Shown: piece by piece, positions 1 to 10,369 of the stretch
Numbering within the stretch: position 1 is the stretch's first letter
Layout of the letters: the number at the start of each line of letters is the position of its first letter
NCBI GenBank assembly: GCA_965224245.1
Contig: OZ245046.1
Location: 224,001 to 288,000, forward strand
Source of the DNA: Candidatus Eiseniibacteriota bacterium
Lineage (GTDB): Bacteria > Eisenbacteria > RBG-16-71-46 > CAZAMP01
Reading direction: 5' to 3'
Length of the DNA: 64,000 nt
Notes under the pieces: model-generated
What the model was told of the DNA's origin: nothing
What the model saw: the letters and a program-made list of their open reading frames with translations, nothing else
Database searches by the model: none
Translations under genes and position numbers: made by a program

Positions 1-2
1 TG

Positions 3-47
3 CAGCACGACCTTACGATCGCGAGCCGGTCGTTCCATACTGTCTAG
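3..47 (+). CDS. possible 3' end of an upstream gene (partial)
   Basis: Frame is open from the window edge (QHDLTIASRSFHTV) to a TAG at 45-47 and is followed by a terminator. Too short to identify. Confidence 0.3.
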   Translation, partial: QHDLTIASRSFHTV

Positions 48-80
48 CCGACTGCTCGCAACTCGAGAGAAGCTCGGATC

Positions 81-110
81 GGGGGGCGCCGCTCGGCGCC
101 CCTCTTTTTT
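81..110 (+). terminator. Rho-independent terminator
   Basis: GGGGCGCC-gctc-GGCGCCCC stem followed by a T6 tract. Confidence 0.8.
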
Positions 111-284
111 GGGATCGAGGCGGCTCGGGCTCGACCCCTGTCCTGGGTCGACCGGCCGCCACCCGGACGCGCCGCTCGCCGCGCGTCCGACGGGTGCCGT
201 TCCGGTCACACCGCCCCGGCGGTCTGCTACCATCTACGAACCGACATCCCCGCGCCCATGACGAGCGAAACCCGAGGTATCCCC

Positions 285-2828
285 ATGATCCGGCACGCCT
301 TTCGTGCGGTGACGGCCGTCGCCGTGCTGACCACCGCCGTCCTCCCGCCGTCGTTCGCGGACGAGCCCGTCGGGCTCGATCGGATGGCGCAATGGTTCCA
401 GGAGCATCCGGAGCAACGGTCCCGGCCGAGCAGCGGCTGGAAGCCCTTTCAGCGCGCGGTCTGGTTTGCGGAGACGCACGGCGCCGTCAACGGCGCCGAC
501 GCGGCGCGCCTCCGTCGCGATGCGTTCGCCGCGGCGCGCGCGCGCATCGACGCCGCACCTCGGGGCGCGGGGTGGTTCGCCGCCGGACCCGCGGAGTTCT
601 CGGGGCGGGCGCTCGCCATCGATTTCCATCCGCTGGATCCGAGCACGGTCTTCGTCGGCACCGCGTCGGGCGGGCTGTGGAAGACCACCGACGGCGGAGC
701 GACGTGGATACCCACCACCGACGATCTCCCTACGCTCGCGGTGGGTGGGGTGTGCGTTCTCGCGTCGGACCCCGACGTGGTGCTGATCGGCACCGGCGAG
801 GGAACGGGCGTCGGCTTCGTCACGGCAGGGCTGGGCATCTTCGGCATCGGCCTCCTGAAGTCGACCGACGGCGGGCTCACCTGGGGCCCGACGTCGCTCA
901 CCTATCCCCGGAGCGGACCTCACGGCTTCAACATCATCGTGGACAACCCGACCACCGGGACCGTCCTCGCCGCGGCCAACGACGGTCTGTGGCGATCCAG
1001 CGACGAGGGAGACACGTGGACGCGCGTCCTCGACGACGGCAACTTCTTCGATGTGAAGTGGAAGCCCGGCGACCCGAGCACGGTGTACGTGTCCAAGGGA
1101 CGGGACCCGTTCCTGCACTCCCAGAACGACAACGGCGTCTTCGTGTCGACCGACGACGGACTCACGTTCACGCTCGCGGGCTTCGGGCAGCCCGACGGCA
1201 GCCTCATCGGCAACACGCGCATCGCGGTGACCGTGGCCGATCCCGAGGTCATCTACGCGCACTACGTCAGCCGGACGTCTCAGCGCACGCTCGGCATCTA
1301 TCGCAGCACCGACGGCGGAGCAAGCTGGCTGCTCCGTCACGACGCCACGAACATGACCGGCGGGCAGGGCTGGTACAACTGCGTGATCGCGGCCGATCCG
1401 AACGACGCGGACCGCGTGATCACCGGGGGAGTGGCGCTGTACGTATCCGACGACGGGGGTCGCAGCTACACGGACCTCAACGGTGACGTGCCGTTCGGGG
1501 ACGACACCGCGCCGCACTGGGACAATCACGCCATCGCCTACGAGCCGGGCTCGACGAGCACGCTGTGGATCGCCACCGACGGGGGGACCTGGCGATCCAC
1601 GGACGACGGCGCGACGTGGTCGGAGGCGCGCGACGGGATCATGTCGTACCAGTTCTACGACATCTGCGTGGCGCAGTCCGATCCATTCTTCGCCATGGGC
1701 GGCACGCAGGACAACGGCATTCCCGGCCGGACCGGGCTCGACACCTGGTTCCACTCCACGCTCGTCGCCGACGGCATGGTCTGCAACGTGCACCCGACGA
1801 TCGGCACCACCGTGTACGCGGAGTGGCAGAATGGAAACCACGTCGTCTCGCACGACGGTGGGCAGACCTGGGCGCCGAACCGGAACGGCATCACCGGCGC
1901 CGGCAGCTGGATCACGCCGGTGGACATCGATCTGTCGGACGGCTCCCGGCTGTTCACGTCGACCTCCGACGGCATCTTCCGCACGACGAACGGGGGTGGA
2001 GTGTGGTCCCGCGTGGCGTCGCATCTCGCGAAGTGGATCTCGATCTCCGCGGCCGACGGCGACGTGGTGTGGACCGTACATCCCGAGAGCGGGCTCTACG
2101 TGACCACCGACGGCGGCACCACCTGGACCCCGCGCGGGTCGGTGCCCGAACCGCTCGGGCTCGTGACCAAGGTCGCCGGCCACCCCACCGAGCCCGGCAC
2201 GGCCTTCGTGACCTACAGCGGCTACGGCACCGGCGGTCCCCACGTCGTCACGACGTCGAACTTCGGCGTCACGTGGACGGACGTCACCGGCGATCTTCCC
2301 GACCAGCCGGCGAACACGTTCATCGTCGATCCCGCGCGCCCCGGCGACTGGTACGTGGGAACGGACACCGGAGTGTGGACCTCCAGCGACGCCGGAAGCT
2401 CCTGGATCCCCTACGGGGTGGGTCTGACCATGGCCGTGGTCACCGACCTCGAGGTCCGGCGTCCTGACCGCAAGCTCGTGGCCGGGACGTACGGCCGGGC
2501 CATGTGGGAGACGACGTTGCCCGAGGTCGTCGGCGTGGCCGACGCGCCGACGCTCGCAGAGCGGGTCCTTCTCCTCGACCGCCCTCATCCGCTGCCCGCA
2601 CGCGAGGGTGTGACGCTGAGGTTCGCCGCGCGGGCCGACGGCGCGGCCACGCTGGCCATCTACGACGTCCAGGGTCGGGTGGTGGACCGGGTGGTCGTGA
2701 ACGCGCGTGCCGACGGGGTGATCCGCATGACACGGTGGGATGCGTCGGCGGTGGCGCCGGGGGTCTACTTCGCCGTGCTGGAGGCGGGCGGCCATCGAAT
2801 CACCCGGCGCGTCGTCATCGATCGCTGA
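285..2828 (+). CDS. secreted Asp-box/BNR (VPS10-like) beta-propeller protein with C-terminal FlgD/T9SS-like sorting domain
   Basis: GAGGT RBS before ATG 285 (ATG 258 is an alternative). Signal peptide, many SxDGGxTW boxes, GQGWY and GGTQDNG motifs, tail YDVQGRVV...PGVYFAVL...RRVVIDR. Confidence 0.88.
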   Translation: MIRHAFRAVTAVAVLTTAVLPPSFADEPVGLDRMAQWFQEHPEQRSRPSSGWKPFQRAVWFAETHGAVNGADAARLRRDAFAAARARIDAAPRGAGWFAAGPAEFSGRALAIDFHPLDPSTVFVGTASGGLWKTTDGGATWIPTTDDLPTLAVGGVCVLASDPDVVLIGTGEGTGVGFVTAGLGIFGIGLLKSTDGGLTWGPTSLTYPRSGPHGFNIIVDNPTTGTVLAAANDGLWRSSDEGDTWTRVLDDGNFFDVKWKPGDPSTVYVSKGRDPFLHSQNDNGVFVSTDDGLTFTLAGFGQPDGSLIGNTRIAVTVADPEVIYAHYVSRTSQRTLGIYRSTDGGASWLLRHDATNMTGGQGWYNCVIAADPNDADRVITGGVALYVSDDGGRSYTDLNGDVPFGDDTAPHWDNHAIAYEPGSTSTLWIATDGGTWRSTDDGATWSEARDGIMSYQFYDICVAQSDPFFAMGGTQDNGIPGRTGLDTWFHSTLVADGMVCNVHPTIGTTVYAEWQNGNHVVSHDGGQTWAPNRNGITGAGSWITPVDIDLSDGSRLFTSTSDGIFRTTNGGGVWSRVASHLAKWISISAADGDVVWTVHPESGLYVTTDGGTTWTPRGSVPEPLGLVTKVAGHPTEPGTAFVTYSGYGTGGPHVVTTSNFGVTWTDVTGDLPDQPANTFIVDPARPGDWYVGTDTGVWTSSDAGSSWIPYGVGLTMAVVTDLEVRRPDRKLVAGTYGRAMWETTLPEVVGVADAPTLAERVLLLDRPHPLPAREGVTLRFAARADGAATLAIYDVQGRVVDRVVVNARADGVIRMTRWDASAVAPGVYFAVLEAGGHRITRRVVIDR

Positions 2829-3080
2829 TGGGACGACTCTGGTCGAGGCCTCACCCGCCGTCTTCCCGGCGCGTGGTGCCTCCAGTTCGAACGTACGGTC
2901 GGATCATGGTGGGCAAGGCGTCTGGTCTCGCGGCCGCGTCCCCCTGGCCCGGCGTGATGGTCCTGTTCGCCCGGCGCCCCCCGGTCCGCTTCAGTTCTGT
3001 TCCGGCGTGTCGATAGCCGAATGCGAGGCCAGGATGCTGGCTGGTCGCGCCGTCCACACGCACGGGGAGGCAGGAGAACC

Positions 3081-3266
3081 ATGGGACTGAAGAAGTGCCG
3101 AGACTGCGGGAGGGACGTGAGCACGCAGGCGAAGTCGTGTCCGAACTGCGGTGCACCGCCGCCGAGCAGCCGAGGCACGTTGCGCGCGTTTGGACTGATC
3201 GTCATGGCGTTCCTCGGCGTGGCGTTGGTGGTGGCGTTCGTCGCCTGGCGTCAGGTCCCTCAGTAG
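3081..3266 (+). CDS. zinc-ribbon membrane protein (61 aa)
   Basis: AGGAGA RBS. CRDCG-x9-CPNCG followed by a hydrophobic transmembrane helix. Confidence 0.75.
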   Translation: MGLKKCRDCGRDVSTQAKSCPNCGAPPPSSRGTLRAFGLIVMAFLGVALVVAFVAWRQVPQ

Positions 3267-4010
3267 TCGCAGCCCGCGACCGCGAGGCCCGGGATCCGGG
3301 AGACGTCCCAAGAGCCCACCGTCCCGCCGGGAGGAGTCCACGCGGCCACAGCGGCTTCCATCCATCATGTCGGGACACGCGGACCCGCTCGACGTGAGAA
3401 GCTGGTCCGACCCCACCGGATCAGCCGAGTCGCTCACCAACCCGCAAGCCCCCTCGTCACCACGCAACGCATGAGCCATCCCGATTCCCGTTTCCGAGGG
3501 TATGGCCCGGATCCACACTGTCCTATACTGATCGACCAATTCGGTTCATCGTATTCATAGTAGAGTAGAGATGTTCAGTGAATATCGACTCGCCGGACCT
3601 CGCGTGGTTCGCGATGGGCTGGCCGGCGCATCTCCATTGGATCGGCTTCCTCTCGGAGGCGGCGCGCTCGGCGCACCTCGCATCGACACCGTGCCCCCGG
3701 CAGCTCCTCAGCGAAGCTCACTCTCTCTCCGCTCTCGTTCGTCCGGGCTGCGGGGAGCGTGCGCGTCGCCATCGCGAGCGTCGTGGGATCTCGCGCCCGC
3801 CACCGATCGGTATCGCCGGCACCGTCCAGCGTGCGTCATGACGTGACCTGCCTCGGTGGTCGAGTCACGGACCTCGTTCAGCGGACGATCGGATCGTCCG
3901 CATCATCACTTCGATCGGGGGAGCGACAGATGACGACGGCACATCGTTCGACGCCCGCTCGACGGGAACGATCGCGTTTCGGCCGGCCGAGTCCGGGAGC
4001 CGGACGGAAG

Positions 4011-4586
4011 GTGAACCGGGTGTTACTCCTTCTGCTCGTGTGTGCGGGCGGGGAGCGTGCGCTCGCCGCCGACGGACCGGACATCCTCTCCCAGCGGGTC
4101 TATTCGCCCATCGAGCTGACGCACGGACAGTCATACGGAGTGGGAGAGCCCCGGCCCGCGACGGCCTCGGCCAGCGTGATGCCATCGATCGGCCTGGGGC
4201 CGGTCGGTCGAGTCCGGCTCGGCGTGGCCGGCAACTACTCGTGGGTCAACCCCGGGTGGCGCATCGCAGGCGGGCCCCGCCTGGCCCTTCGGATCTGGTC
4301 GCTGAGCGCTGGCTCGCTGAGCCTGGGCGAGGTGGGGCTCTACCTGGACGGCCGGATGCTGTTCGAGGAGCGAGGGGAGCAGATCATCCAGATCGGCTCC
4401 GCGTTCAGCCTCGACGATCTGCTCCATCTGGGCATTCGCTACTCGCACGTCGCCGATCGCGCTGTCGATCGATACGAGCTCACACTCGGTTTCGGCCTGC
4501 TCCGGTGGATCCACGTCCTCGATACCGAGGAGCGGGATCCGTTCGGGGACGAGGACGACACCGAGGTAATCGACCCGGTCGGATAG
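4011..4586 (+). CDS. hypothetical exported protein, possibly an outer-membrane beta-barrel
   Basis: GTG start with hydrophobic N-terminus (NRVLLLLLVCAGGERALA) and alternating beta-strand-like segments. Stops 11 nt before the patatin gene. Confidence 0.55.
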   Translation: MNRVLLLLLVCAGGERALAADGPDILSQRVYSPIELTHGQSYGVGEPRPATASASVMPSIGLGPVGRVRLGVAGNYSWVNPGWRIAGGPRLALRIWSLSAGSLSLGEVGLYLDGRMLFEERGEQIIQIGSAFSLDDLLHLGIRYSHVADRAVDRYELTLGFGLLRWIHVLDTEERDPFGDEDDTEVIDPVG

Positions 4587-4597
4587 GGGAGGTGGCG

Positions 4598-5605
4598 ATG
4601 AGCAAGACCGCACTCGTCGTGAGCGGCGGAGGATCGAAGGGGGCGTTTGCCGTCGGCGCGATCAAGCACCTCTTGAGCACCGGACTCGACTTCGACATCG
4701 TGGTCGGAACGAGCACCGGCGCACTGATCGCCCCGCTCGTCGTGAGCGGCGACATCGTGTTGCTCGAGGAGGTCTACACCTCGGTACGCACGAAGAACGT
4801 CGTGGCCAGAAAGCGCGTCGCGGACGCGCTGGCCACGACGTCGGTGTTCGACGTGGAGCCGTTGGCGACGCTCATCAGCACCCACATCGACGACGACCGC
4901 GCCAGGCGACTCGTACGTAGCGACAAGCAGCTCCTCGTGTGTACGGTCGAGCTGCAGAGCGGCGCGACCGTCTATCATCACACGCGGGAAGCGCCAGAGC
5001 CCGACGAGAACGTCCGGTATCGTCGCATGCGTTCGCGCAGCGACATCATGCGCGCCGTGCTCGCGTCGGCGTGCATCCCGGTGTTCATGCCGCCGATCTC
5101 GATCCCCAAGGACTCCGACCACCAGTTCGTGGACGGTGGGGTCCGTGAGATCGCACCGATCAAGGCGGCCATCAATGCCGGTGCAACCGACATCTACGCG
5201 ATCATCCTGAGTCCCAAGAAGCGCGAGCCGAAGCCCGGCTCATTCGAGAAGTCGACCGGCGTGTTGCTGCGCGTGATCGACCTCTTCACCCAGGAGGTCG
5301 TGCTGAACGACCTCCGTCACGCCCGCCGGTACGCCGAGACCAATCGCTACCACGACGCCGTTCGCGCTGCGTTGAAGGCCGAGGGCGTTGCCGACGACAC
5401 CATCGCGCGTGCGTTTGCGAGTGCGGCGAGTCCCGTCGAGGATACGGACGTTCGCAGCCTGCACGTCATCCGGCCGGCCAGCGAGATCGAGCTGGATACG
5501 CTCACGTTCGACCCGGTCGCCATGTCCGCGATACTCCGAGAGGGGGAGACACGTGCGGGCGCCGCCTTGCGTGACCCGGTCGAGTGGCTGGGCGACTTCG
5601 CGTGA
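4598..5605 (+). CDS. patatin-like phospholipase
   Basis: GGAGGT RBS. GGGSKG, GTSTG (catalytic Ser) and DGG motifs. Confidence 0.92.
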   Translation: MSKTALVVSGGGSKGAFAVGAIKHLLSTGLDFDIVVGTSTGALIAPLVVSGDIVLLEEVYTSVRTKNVVARKRVADALATTSVFDVEPLATLISTHIDDDRARRLVRSDKQLLVCTVELQSGATVYHHTREAPEPDENVRYRRMRSRSDIMRAVLASACIPVFMPPISIPKDSDHQFVDGGVREIAPIKAAINAGATDIYAIILSPKKREPKPGSFEKSTGVLLRVIDLFTQEVVLNDLRHARRYAETNRYHDAVRAALKAEGVADDTIARAFASAASPVEDTDVRSLHVIRPASEIELDTLTFDPVAMSAILREGETRAGAALRDPVEWLGDFA

Positions 5606-5810
5606 GAGCGGACGGCAGGTGACACGGGACGGCGCGTGTGCCATCTCGGCACGGCTCCGTGGTACGATAACCCGGTATCGTGGAGGTCCCGCCGCTGGAT
5701 GTCGGGATCGGGGTCGGTGGCATGAGCGCGGTCCCACGTCGCTCCTTCATGGGCTCGTCCCCGAGGTCGCCGGTCGCACGGCGGACCCCACATCGGTCGA
5801 GGAGCAGCCG

Positions 5811-6932
5811 GTGCAACGCTTGACACGATGCGTCGCCGCCTACACGTTTGCCGCCCTCGGGGCGATTCTGCCGTCCACGACATCGGCGGAGACCCTCTTC
5901 GCGCTGGTCGACACCGGCGAGGTCTTCGGCTCGGTGGACGGCGGTGTCACATGGAGCGTGTTCGGGACGTTACCGGTGAGCGACGCCGTCGCGCTCACCG
6001 CGGCCGAGTCGCAGAGCGATCTCCTGGTGCTGACCGAGTCCGGCTCGGTGTACCGATCCGACGACGGCGGGATCAGCTGGAGCCTCATCGGTGCGGTCAC
6101 GGCATCGGATTGTATCGGCCTCACGTTCGTGTCGAGCGGACCCGTCGCGCTCACCACATCCGGGGGCTGCTTCACGTCGTCCGATGGAGGGATGACGTTC
6201 TCGCTGGTCGGTGGATCCGTGGCCTCCGATCACGTGGCGCTGACCCGATCGGCCTCCGGATCCTCTCTCCATGCCCTCACCCGAACCGGACTCTGCATCG
6301 AGAGCCTCGACGGCGGGGTGTCCTGGAGCGTGATCGGGACCATCACCGCGCCCGATCTCGTGTCGCTGGTCGAGGACGATGCGGGCGATCTGCACGCGCT
6401 CACCCACACGGGCATGATCCACCGGAGCACGGACGGAGGGGCCACGTGGGTAGCCGTGGGCACGGTGTCACAGGTGGGCATGACCGATCTCGTGATCGAC
6501 GACGAGGGGGCATTCGTCGCGAGCGCAACGACCGGAGAGATGTACGTGTCCAGCGATGCCGCCGTCTCGTGGAGCGTCGTCGGGGCGACGGGACAGCTCC
6601 ACACCGTGGCGCTCGGGACCGACCAGCTATTGCTGGGTGTCGGGGATTCCTCCGAGCCCACTCCGGCGGTTCCCCGCGTCTGGCCGAACCCGGGTCGCCT
6701 GAGTACCCCCGTCCTTCATGTCCTGACTCCGGGGGCGGATCCGGGCAGCGTCGCGGTGGTGACCATGTACGACGTCGTCGGACGACGCGTCGGATCCGAT
6801 CGGGTGCCGGTCGATGATGGGGGGCTCCTCCGGTGGGAGCCGACCGACCGCGTGCCGCCGGGGGTGTACGTCGTCTCCATCTCGACCGACTCGGGGAGGC
6901 CGACGTCCGTGCCCTGGGTCCTCCTGCCCTGA
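5811..6932 (+). CDS. secreted Asp-box repeat beta-propeller protein with C-terminal sorting domain
   Basis: GAGGAG RBS and GTG start. Signal peptide, six ~40 aa repeats LxxxGxxxxSxDGGxxW, tail WPNP...YDVVGRRV...PPGVYVV. Confidence 0.8.
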   Translation: MQRLTRCVAAYTFAALGAILPSTTSAETLFALVDTGEVFGSVDGGVTWSVFGTLPVSDAVALTAAESQSDLLVLTESGSVYRSDDGGISWSLIGAVTASDCIGLTFVSSGPVALTTSGGCFTSSDGGMTFSLVGGSVASDHVALTRSASGSSLHALTRTGLCIESLDGGVSWSVIGTITAPDLVSLVEDDAGDLHALTHTGMIHRSTDGGATWVAVGTVSQVGMTDLVIDDEGAFVASATTGEMYVSSDAAVSWSVVGATGQLHTVALGTDQLLLGVGDSSEPTPAVPRVWPNPGRLSTPVLHVLTPGADPGSVAVVTMYDVVGRRVGSDRVPVDDGGLLRWEPTDRVPPGVYVVSISTDSGRPTSVPWVLLP

Positions 6933-6975
6933 TCGACGACGCACGATCGCCGGCGAAACCGGCAATCGCCGGACA

Positions 6976-8370
6976 TCACGGGGAAGTCGCCCGGAGCGCC
7001 ACCTTGAACTCCGTCCGGCCCGGCCGCGAATCCACGGTGATGTCACCGTGGTGACGGCGGACCAGTCGCCGCGCGATGTCCAGCCCCAGACCGGTTCCAT
7101 GACCGGGCGGCTTCGTGGTGTAGAAGGGGTCGAAGATCCAGGGTAGGACGTCGGCCGCGATTCCCGGTCCGTCGTCGATCACGCTCACCTCGACACGGTC
7201 ATGCGTGGTGCGCGCGGTGATGTCGACCCGGCCTTCCTCGGAGACGGCATCGATGGCGTTGTCGAGAAGGTTCGACCAGACCTGGTTCAGCTCGGCCCCC
7301 GACGCATGCGCCCGGGGGAGATCAGGCTCGACGTCGATGGCCAGGGTCACGTGCTTGTCCTTGGCCTTCGAGGCATAGACCCGCGCCGTATCCCTCAGAC
7401 CGACCGCCACGTCCACCGAGTCCGGGGCGGACAGGTTATCCATGTACGTGAAGCGCTTGACGGACGAGACCAGCTCGTGGATCTGGGTGGCCGCCTTCTC
7501 GATGTCCCGCGCCAGCCACTGGGTCTGACACCCGGACGCGATCCAGCGAACCGCCGCGCGCAGGGCATCGCCTTCGGTCGCCTGGGCCAGCGCGTCGAGG
7601 GATCCGGGATCGACCGCCGTCTCGGCGAGCGGATCCGCCAGCGCGGCGTCGCAGCCGTGGCGCGACAGCCAGTCCGAGAGCGCGTCCTCACGATCGGCCT
7701 GCTCGAAGGGGGAGAGCGACCGCTCCGCCGGATCCACGCGGCACGTGTTGCGTACCGACTCGATGACGCTGAGAAGATCCGTGTCCACCGAGGCCGCCAC
7801 CAGCGCCTCGACGATGGCGTCCGTCTCGGAGAGCCCGTCCAGGAGCAGCTTGGCCCCCCGCAACGTCGCCGAGGCCGGGTTGTTCAGCTCGTGGGCCAGT
7901 CCCGCCGCGAGCTTCCCGAGGGACACCATCTTCTCGTCCTGTAGATCGCTGGCCCGGAAGCCGCGTGCGCGGTCGACCATCACGTGTACGCAGTGGGTGG
8001 TCAGCTCGGGACACCGCTGGATCATCTCGGGGAAGACGCTGGAGGGGACCTGGAGGGCCTCGACGGGTTCCTCGACGTACGTCTCGCCCTGATTGATGTT
8101 CATGCGGGAGTACGGGAGCTTCCCCGTCACGCTGCCGGCGCGCCATCCCATGACCCGTCGCGGACCGGCCCCGCGATCGATCCGGATCGAGAGGACCCCG
8201 CTCAGGATGATCCAGAGATGGTGAACGCTCCCGCCCGTGCGGGTGGGCTTGTCTCCGACCGGGAAGGTGACGACCTCGCCGTGGTCGACCAGCCACTCCA
8301 GCTCGTGGCGCGGGATGTCCTGGAGTGTCGGCAGAGCGGCCAGGCGATCCACCAGAGAGGCGTCCATCAT
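6976..8370 (-). CDS. sensor histidine kinase with N-terminal cyclic-nucleotide-binding (CAP_ED) domain
   Basis: GGAG RBS before ATG 8370. cNMP-like N-terminus, H-box LAHELNNPA, N-box NLLDNAID, DDGPGI, FYTTK, GTGLGL. Confidence 0.9.
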   Translation of the reverse strand: MMDASLVDRLAALPTLQDIPRHELEWLVDHGEVVTFPVGDKPTRTGGSVHHLWIILSGVLSIRIDRGAGPRRVMGWRAGSVTGKLPYSRMNINQGETYVEEPVEALQVPSSVFPEMIQRCPELTTHCVHVMVDRARGFRASDLQDEKMVSLGKLAAGLAHELNNPASATLRGAKLLLDGLSETDAIVEALVAASVDTDLLSVIESVRNTCRVDPAERSLSPFEQADREDALSDWLSRHGCDAALADPLAETAVDPGSLDALAQATEGDALRAAVRWIASGCQTQWLARDIEKAATQIHELVSSVKRFTYMDNLSAPDSVDVAVGLRDTARVYASKAKDKHVTLAIDVEPDLPRAHASGAELNQVWSNLLDNAIDAVSEEGRVDITARTTHDRVEVSVIDDGPGIAADVLPWIFDPFYTTKPPGHGTGLGLDIARRLVRRHHGDITVDSRPGRTEFKVALRATSP

Positions 8371-8650
8371 GCAGGTCTCCCGGGAAAAGAGGGGGTCAGA
8401 GTATCCGAGACCTCGACTCGGCAGGCAATCCTCGCGGGTTCCGCAAGAGCGTCCGCGTGCTGGGCGTCGTCGTGGAGCCGCTTCGGGATTCACCGGCACG
8501 ATCGGGGTACCCGTCTCGGGGGCGTGAGATTGCAACCGCAAATCATTTTGAACCATTGGGTTATGGGCCAGGTCGTCTCGGCGATCGGGGGCGGCCCGAT
8601 CGACTCTGCCCCATCGAGTCGCACCACATCCTTCTCGGCCCAAAAAGACT

Positions 8651-8680
8651 TTGCAGGTTTCCCCGGAGGAATTCGAACTG
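8651..8680 (+). promoter_or_regulatory. conserved bipartite motif, copy 1 (putative ECF-type promoter)
   Basis: TTGCAGGTT-tccccggaggaa-TTCGAACTG, 49 nt upstream of ATG 8730. Confidence 0.7.
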
Positions 8681-8729
8681 ACGACCAGCCCAGTCGAACA
8701 CCTTTCATTCATTCGCCGAGGAGACGACG

Positions 8730-10070
8730 ATGCGATCCAAGAGCTTGCTGATGGCCATCGTGCTGCTACTGCCCCTGGCCGCGTGTACGCAGAACGAGAC
8801 CGTTGCCCCGGCGGCAACGGCGCCCCCGCCGCACCAGTCGGACCAGCCGGACCCGCCGGACTCGTCCGACGGTCCGCTCACGTTGCGCGAGATCTCGGGC
8901 CTGTGGCTCCTGGAGAGCGGCAGCATGATGTCGGACTTCGTGGCCGGCCTGGCCACGTTCACCATCACCGCCGACGTGACCGCGATCCGGATCGGCACCG
9001 ACGGCACCGGCAACGTCTGGCTGCGTGATCGGCTCACCGGGACCAAGGACTGCGTGCAGGCGTACGTGATCTTCGACGACACCGACGGCTCGCTCGTGTT
9101 CGACTTCGCGGCGGAGAAGACCTCCGACGTGATCTTCAACATTGCTTTGGATCGCTACACGTACGTGTACCCGATCGTCACGTCGGAGAACGGCTGGCTC
9201 GGTATCGGCGACCCGAACGGGCAGATCGCCATCTTCTCGAGTCAGCTGTCTCTACCGGCCGACGTGGTCTGCGACGAGTTCGACGTCACCGCACAATACA
9301 CCGTACCTGCGCCTCAGTACTTCGGCGACATCGCGTACTACCTCGGCGTGCTGGTATTCAACAGCGGACAGGGCGGCCAGATCGAGACGTTCGACCCGTT
9401 CACGGGCTTGCTCGGGACGCCGCTCGGACCCACCAGCAGCCGGCTCGTGCAGACCGCGCAGGGCCTGTACTTCTGGACCCACTGCGGCTGCGGCGGAAGC
9501 CGCGACGCCTTCAAGCGCACGATGACCTCGGTCTACGACACCGTCAGCAGCGAGGATGAGATGGGCGGTCCGATCACGTTCCGGGCCATGGCCTACGTAC
9601 CGTCGACCGATCGGCTGTGGCTGCACGGGCGTCCGTTCGACTCCCAGTACGGTCAGTTCTTCATCATGAACACCAACGGCGAGCCGGATGTCATCGAGGA
9701 CACGATCTCCTTCAACCGTGACCTCCGGGGCCTCGCGTTCGACGGAACCGATCTCTGGGGAATCGTGACCGTGGCCAGCCAGTCGGTCGTTCGCATCGAC
9801 CCGACGACCGGCGATGTGCTCCAGAGCTTCGAGGTGCCCGACGTCGACGTGTCCTGGTCCGGGATCGAGGTGGTCGGCGACACCCTCTTCATGCTGGGCA
9901 CCGACCTCGGCGGAAACGGCGTGATCTACGAGATGGGCATGACGCCGCTGCGGGTTCCGGCAACCCCCGACGCGGACGATGCGGAGCTGATCGCGGAGAT
10001 GCCGGCCGGCTTCGAGGCTCGGCTGCAGTCGCTCGTGTCCGACCTGGCGATGGTCCAGCCCGCCCCGTGA
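8730..10070 (+). CDS. acidic lipoprotein with C-terminal beta-propeller-like region, tandem copy 1 (446 aa)
   Basis: GAGGAG RBS, lipobox LAAC, propeller-blade motif LRGLAFDGTDLW, HCGC motif. Confidence 0.85.
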   Translation: MRSKSLLMAIVLLLPLAACTQNETVAPAATAPPPHQSDQPDPPDSSDGPLTLREISGLWLLESGSMMSDFVAGLATFTITADVTAIRIGTDGTGNVWLRDRLTGTKDCVQAYVIFDDTDGSLVFDFAAEKTSDVIFNIALDRYTYVYPIVTSENGWLGIGDPNGQIAIFSSQLSLPADVVCDEFDVTAQYTVPAPQYFGDIAYYLGVLVFNSGQGGQIETFDPFTGLLGTPLGPTSSRLVQTAQGLYFWTHCGCGGSRDAFKRTMTSVYDTVSSEDEMGGPITFRAMAYVPSTDRLWLHGRPFDSQYGQFFIMNTNGEPDVIEDTISFNRDLRGLAFDGTDLWGIVTVASQSVVRIDPTTGDVLQSFEVPDVDVSWSGIEVVGDTLFMLGTDLGGNGVIYEMGMTPLRVPATPDADDAELIAEMPAGFEARLQSLVSDLAMVQPAP

Positions 10071-10112
10071 GCGGAGCTCATCGCAAGCCTCTCGATCGCG
10101 CATCCCTCATCG

Positions 10113-10141
10113 GGGCGTCCAGGACTGGACGCCCGTCTTCT
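10113..10141 (+). terminator. hairpin, probable terminator after lipoprotein copy 1
   Basis: GGGCGTCCA-ggac-TGGACGCCC followed by GTCTTCT (weak U tract). Confidence 0.45.
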
Positions 10142-10289
10142 CGACGCGCCTCGGCCCCGATGGGGGCGAGGCGTTATTCGTCATGAGTCGTATATATTAT
10201 TGATGTTGAATGATTTACGGCGTTGCATGAGTGCGTCGGGGCAGCGCCCGGGGGCCGCGTTCGCGAGGACCCGCAGCCCCCGAGAAACT

Positions 10290-10319
10290 TTGCAGGTTTC
10301 GCCGCCGGATTTCGAACTG
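10290..10319 (+). promoter_or_regulatory. conserved bipartite motif, copy 2
   Basis: TTGCAGGTT-tcgccgccggat-TTCGAACTG, 50 nt upstream of ATG 10370. Confidence 0.7.
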
Positions 10320-10369
10320 ACGACCAGTTGCGCTGAACACTCTGTCGATGAACCGCCAGGAGATGACCG

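Noticed and set aside
234-2795. Long antisense and alternate-frame ORFs (also 23883-26333, 37931-40795, 45159-47759 and many others)
   Set aside because: They are shadows of real genes caused by high-GC codon bias, with no recognisable motifs.
2883-2912. Fifth copy of the bipartite motif (TTCGAACTG on the minus strand)
   Set aside because: Only that half is present. There is no TTGCAGG at the 12-nt spacing and it faces the end of a gene.
3540-3850. Lower-GC patch and short ORFs (3571-3846, 3578-3841)
   Set aside because: No recognisable protein motif, RBS or element ends. Cannot be supported as a gene or an insertion.
4598-5605. Patatin as a CBASS/CapV-type defence effector
   Set aside because: No CD-NTase or other defence genes nearby. 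The context is an exported protein gene.
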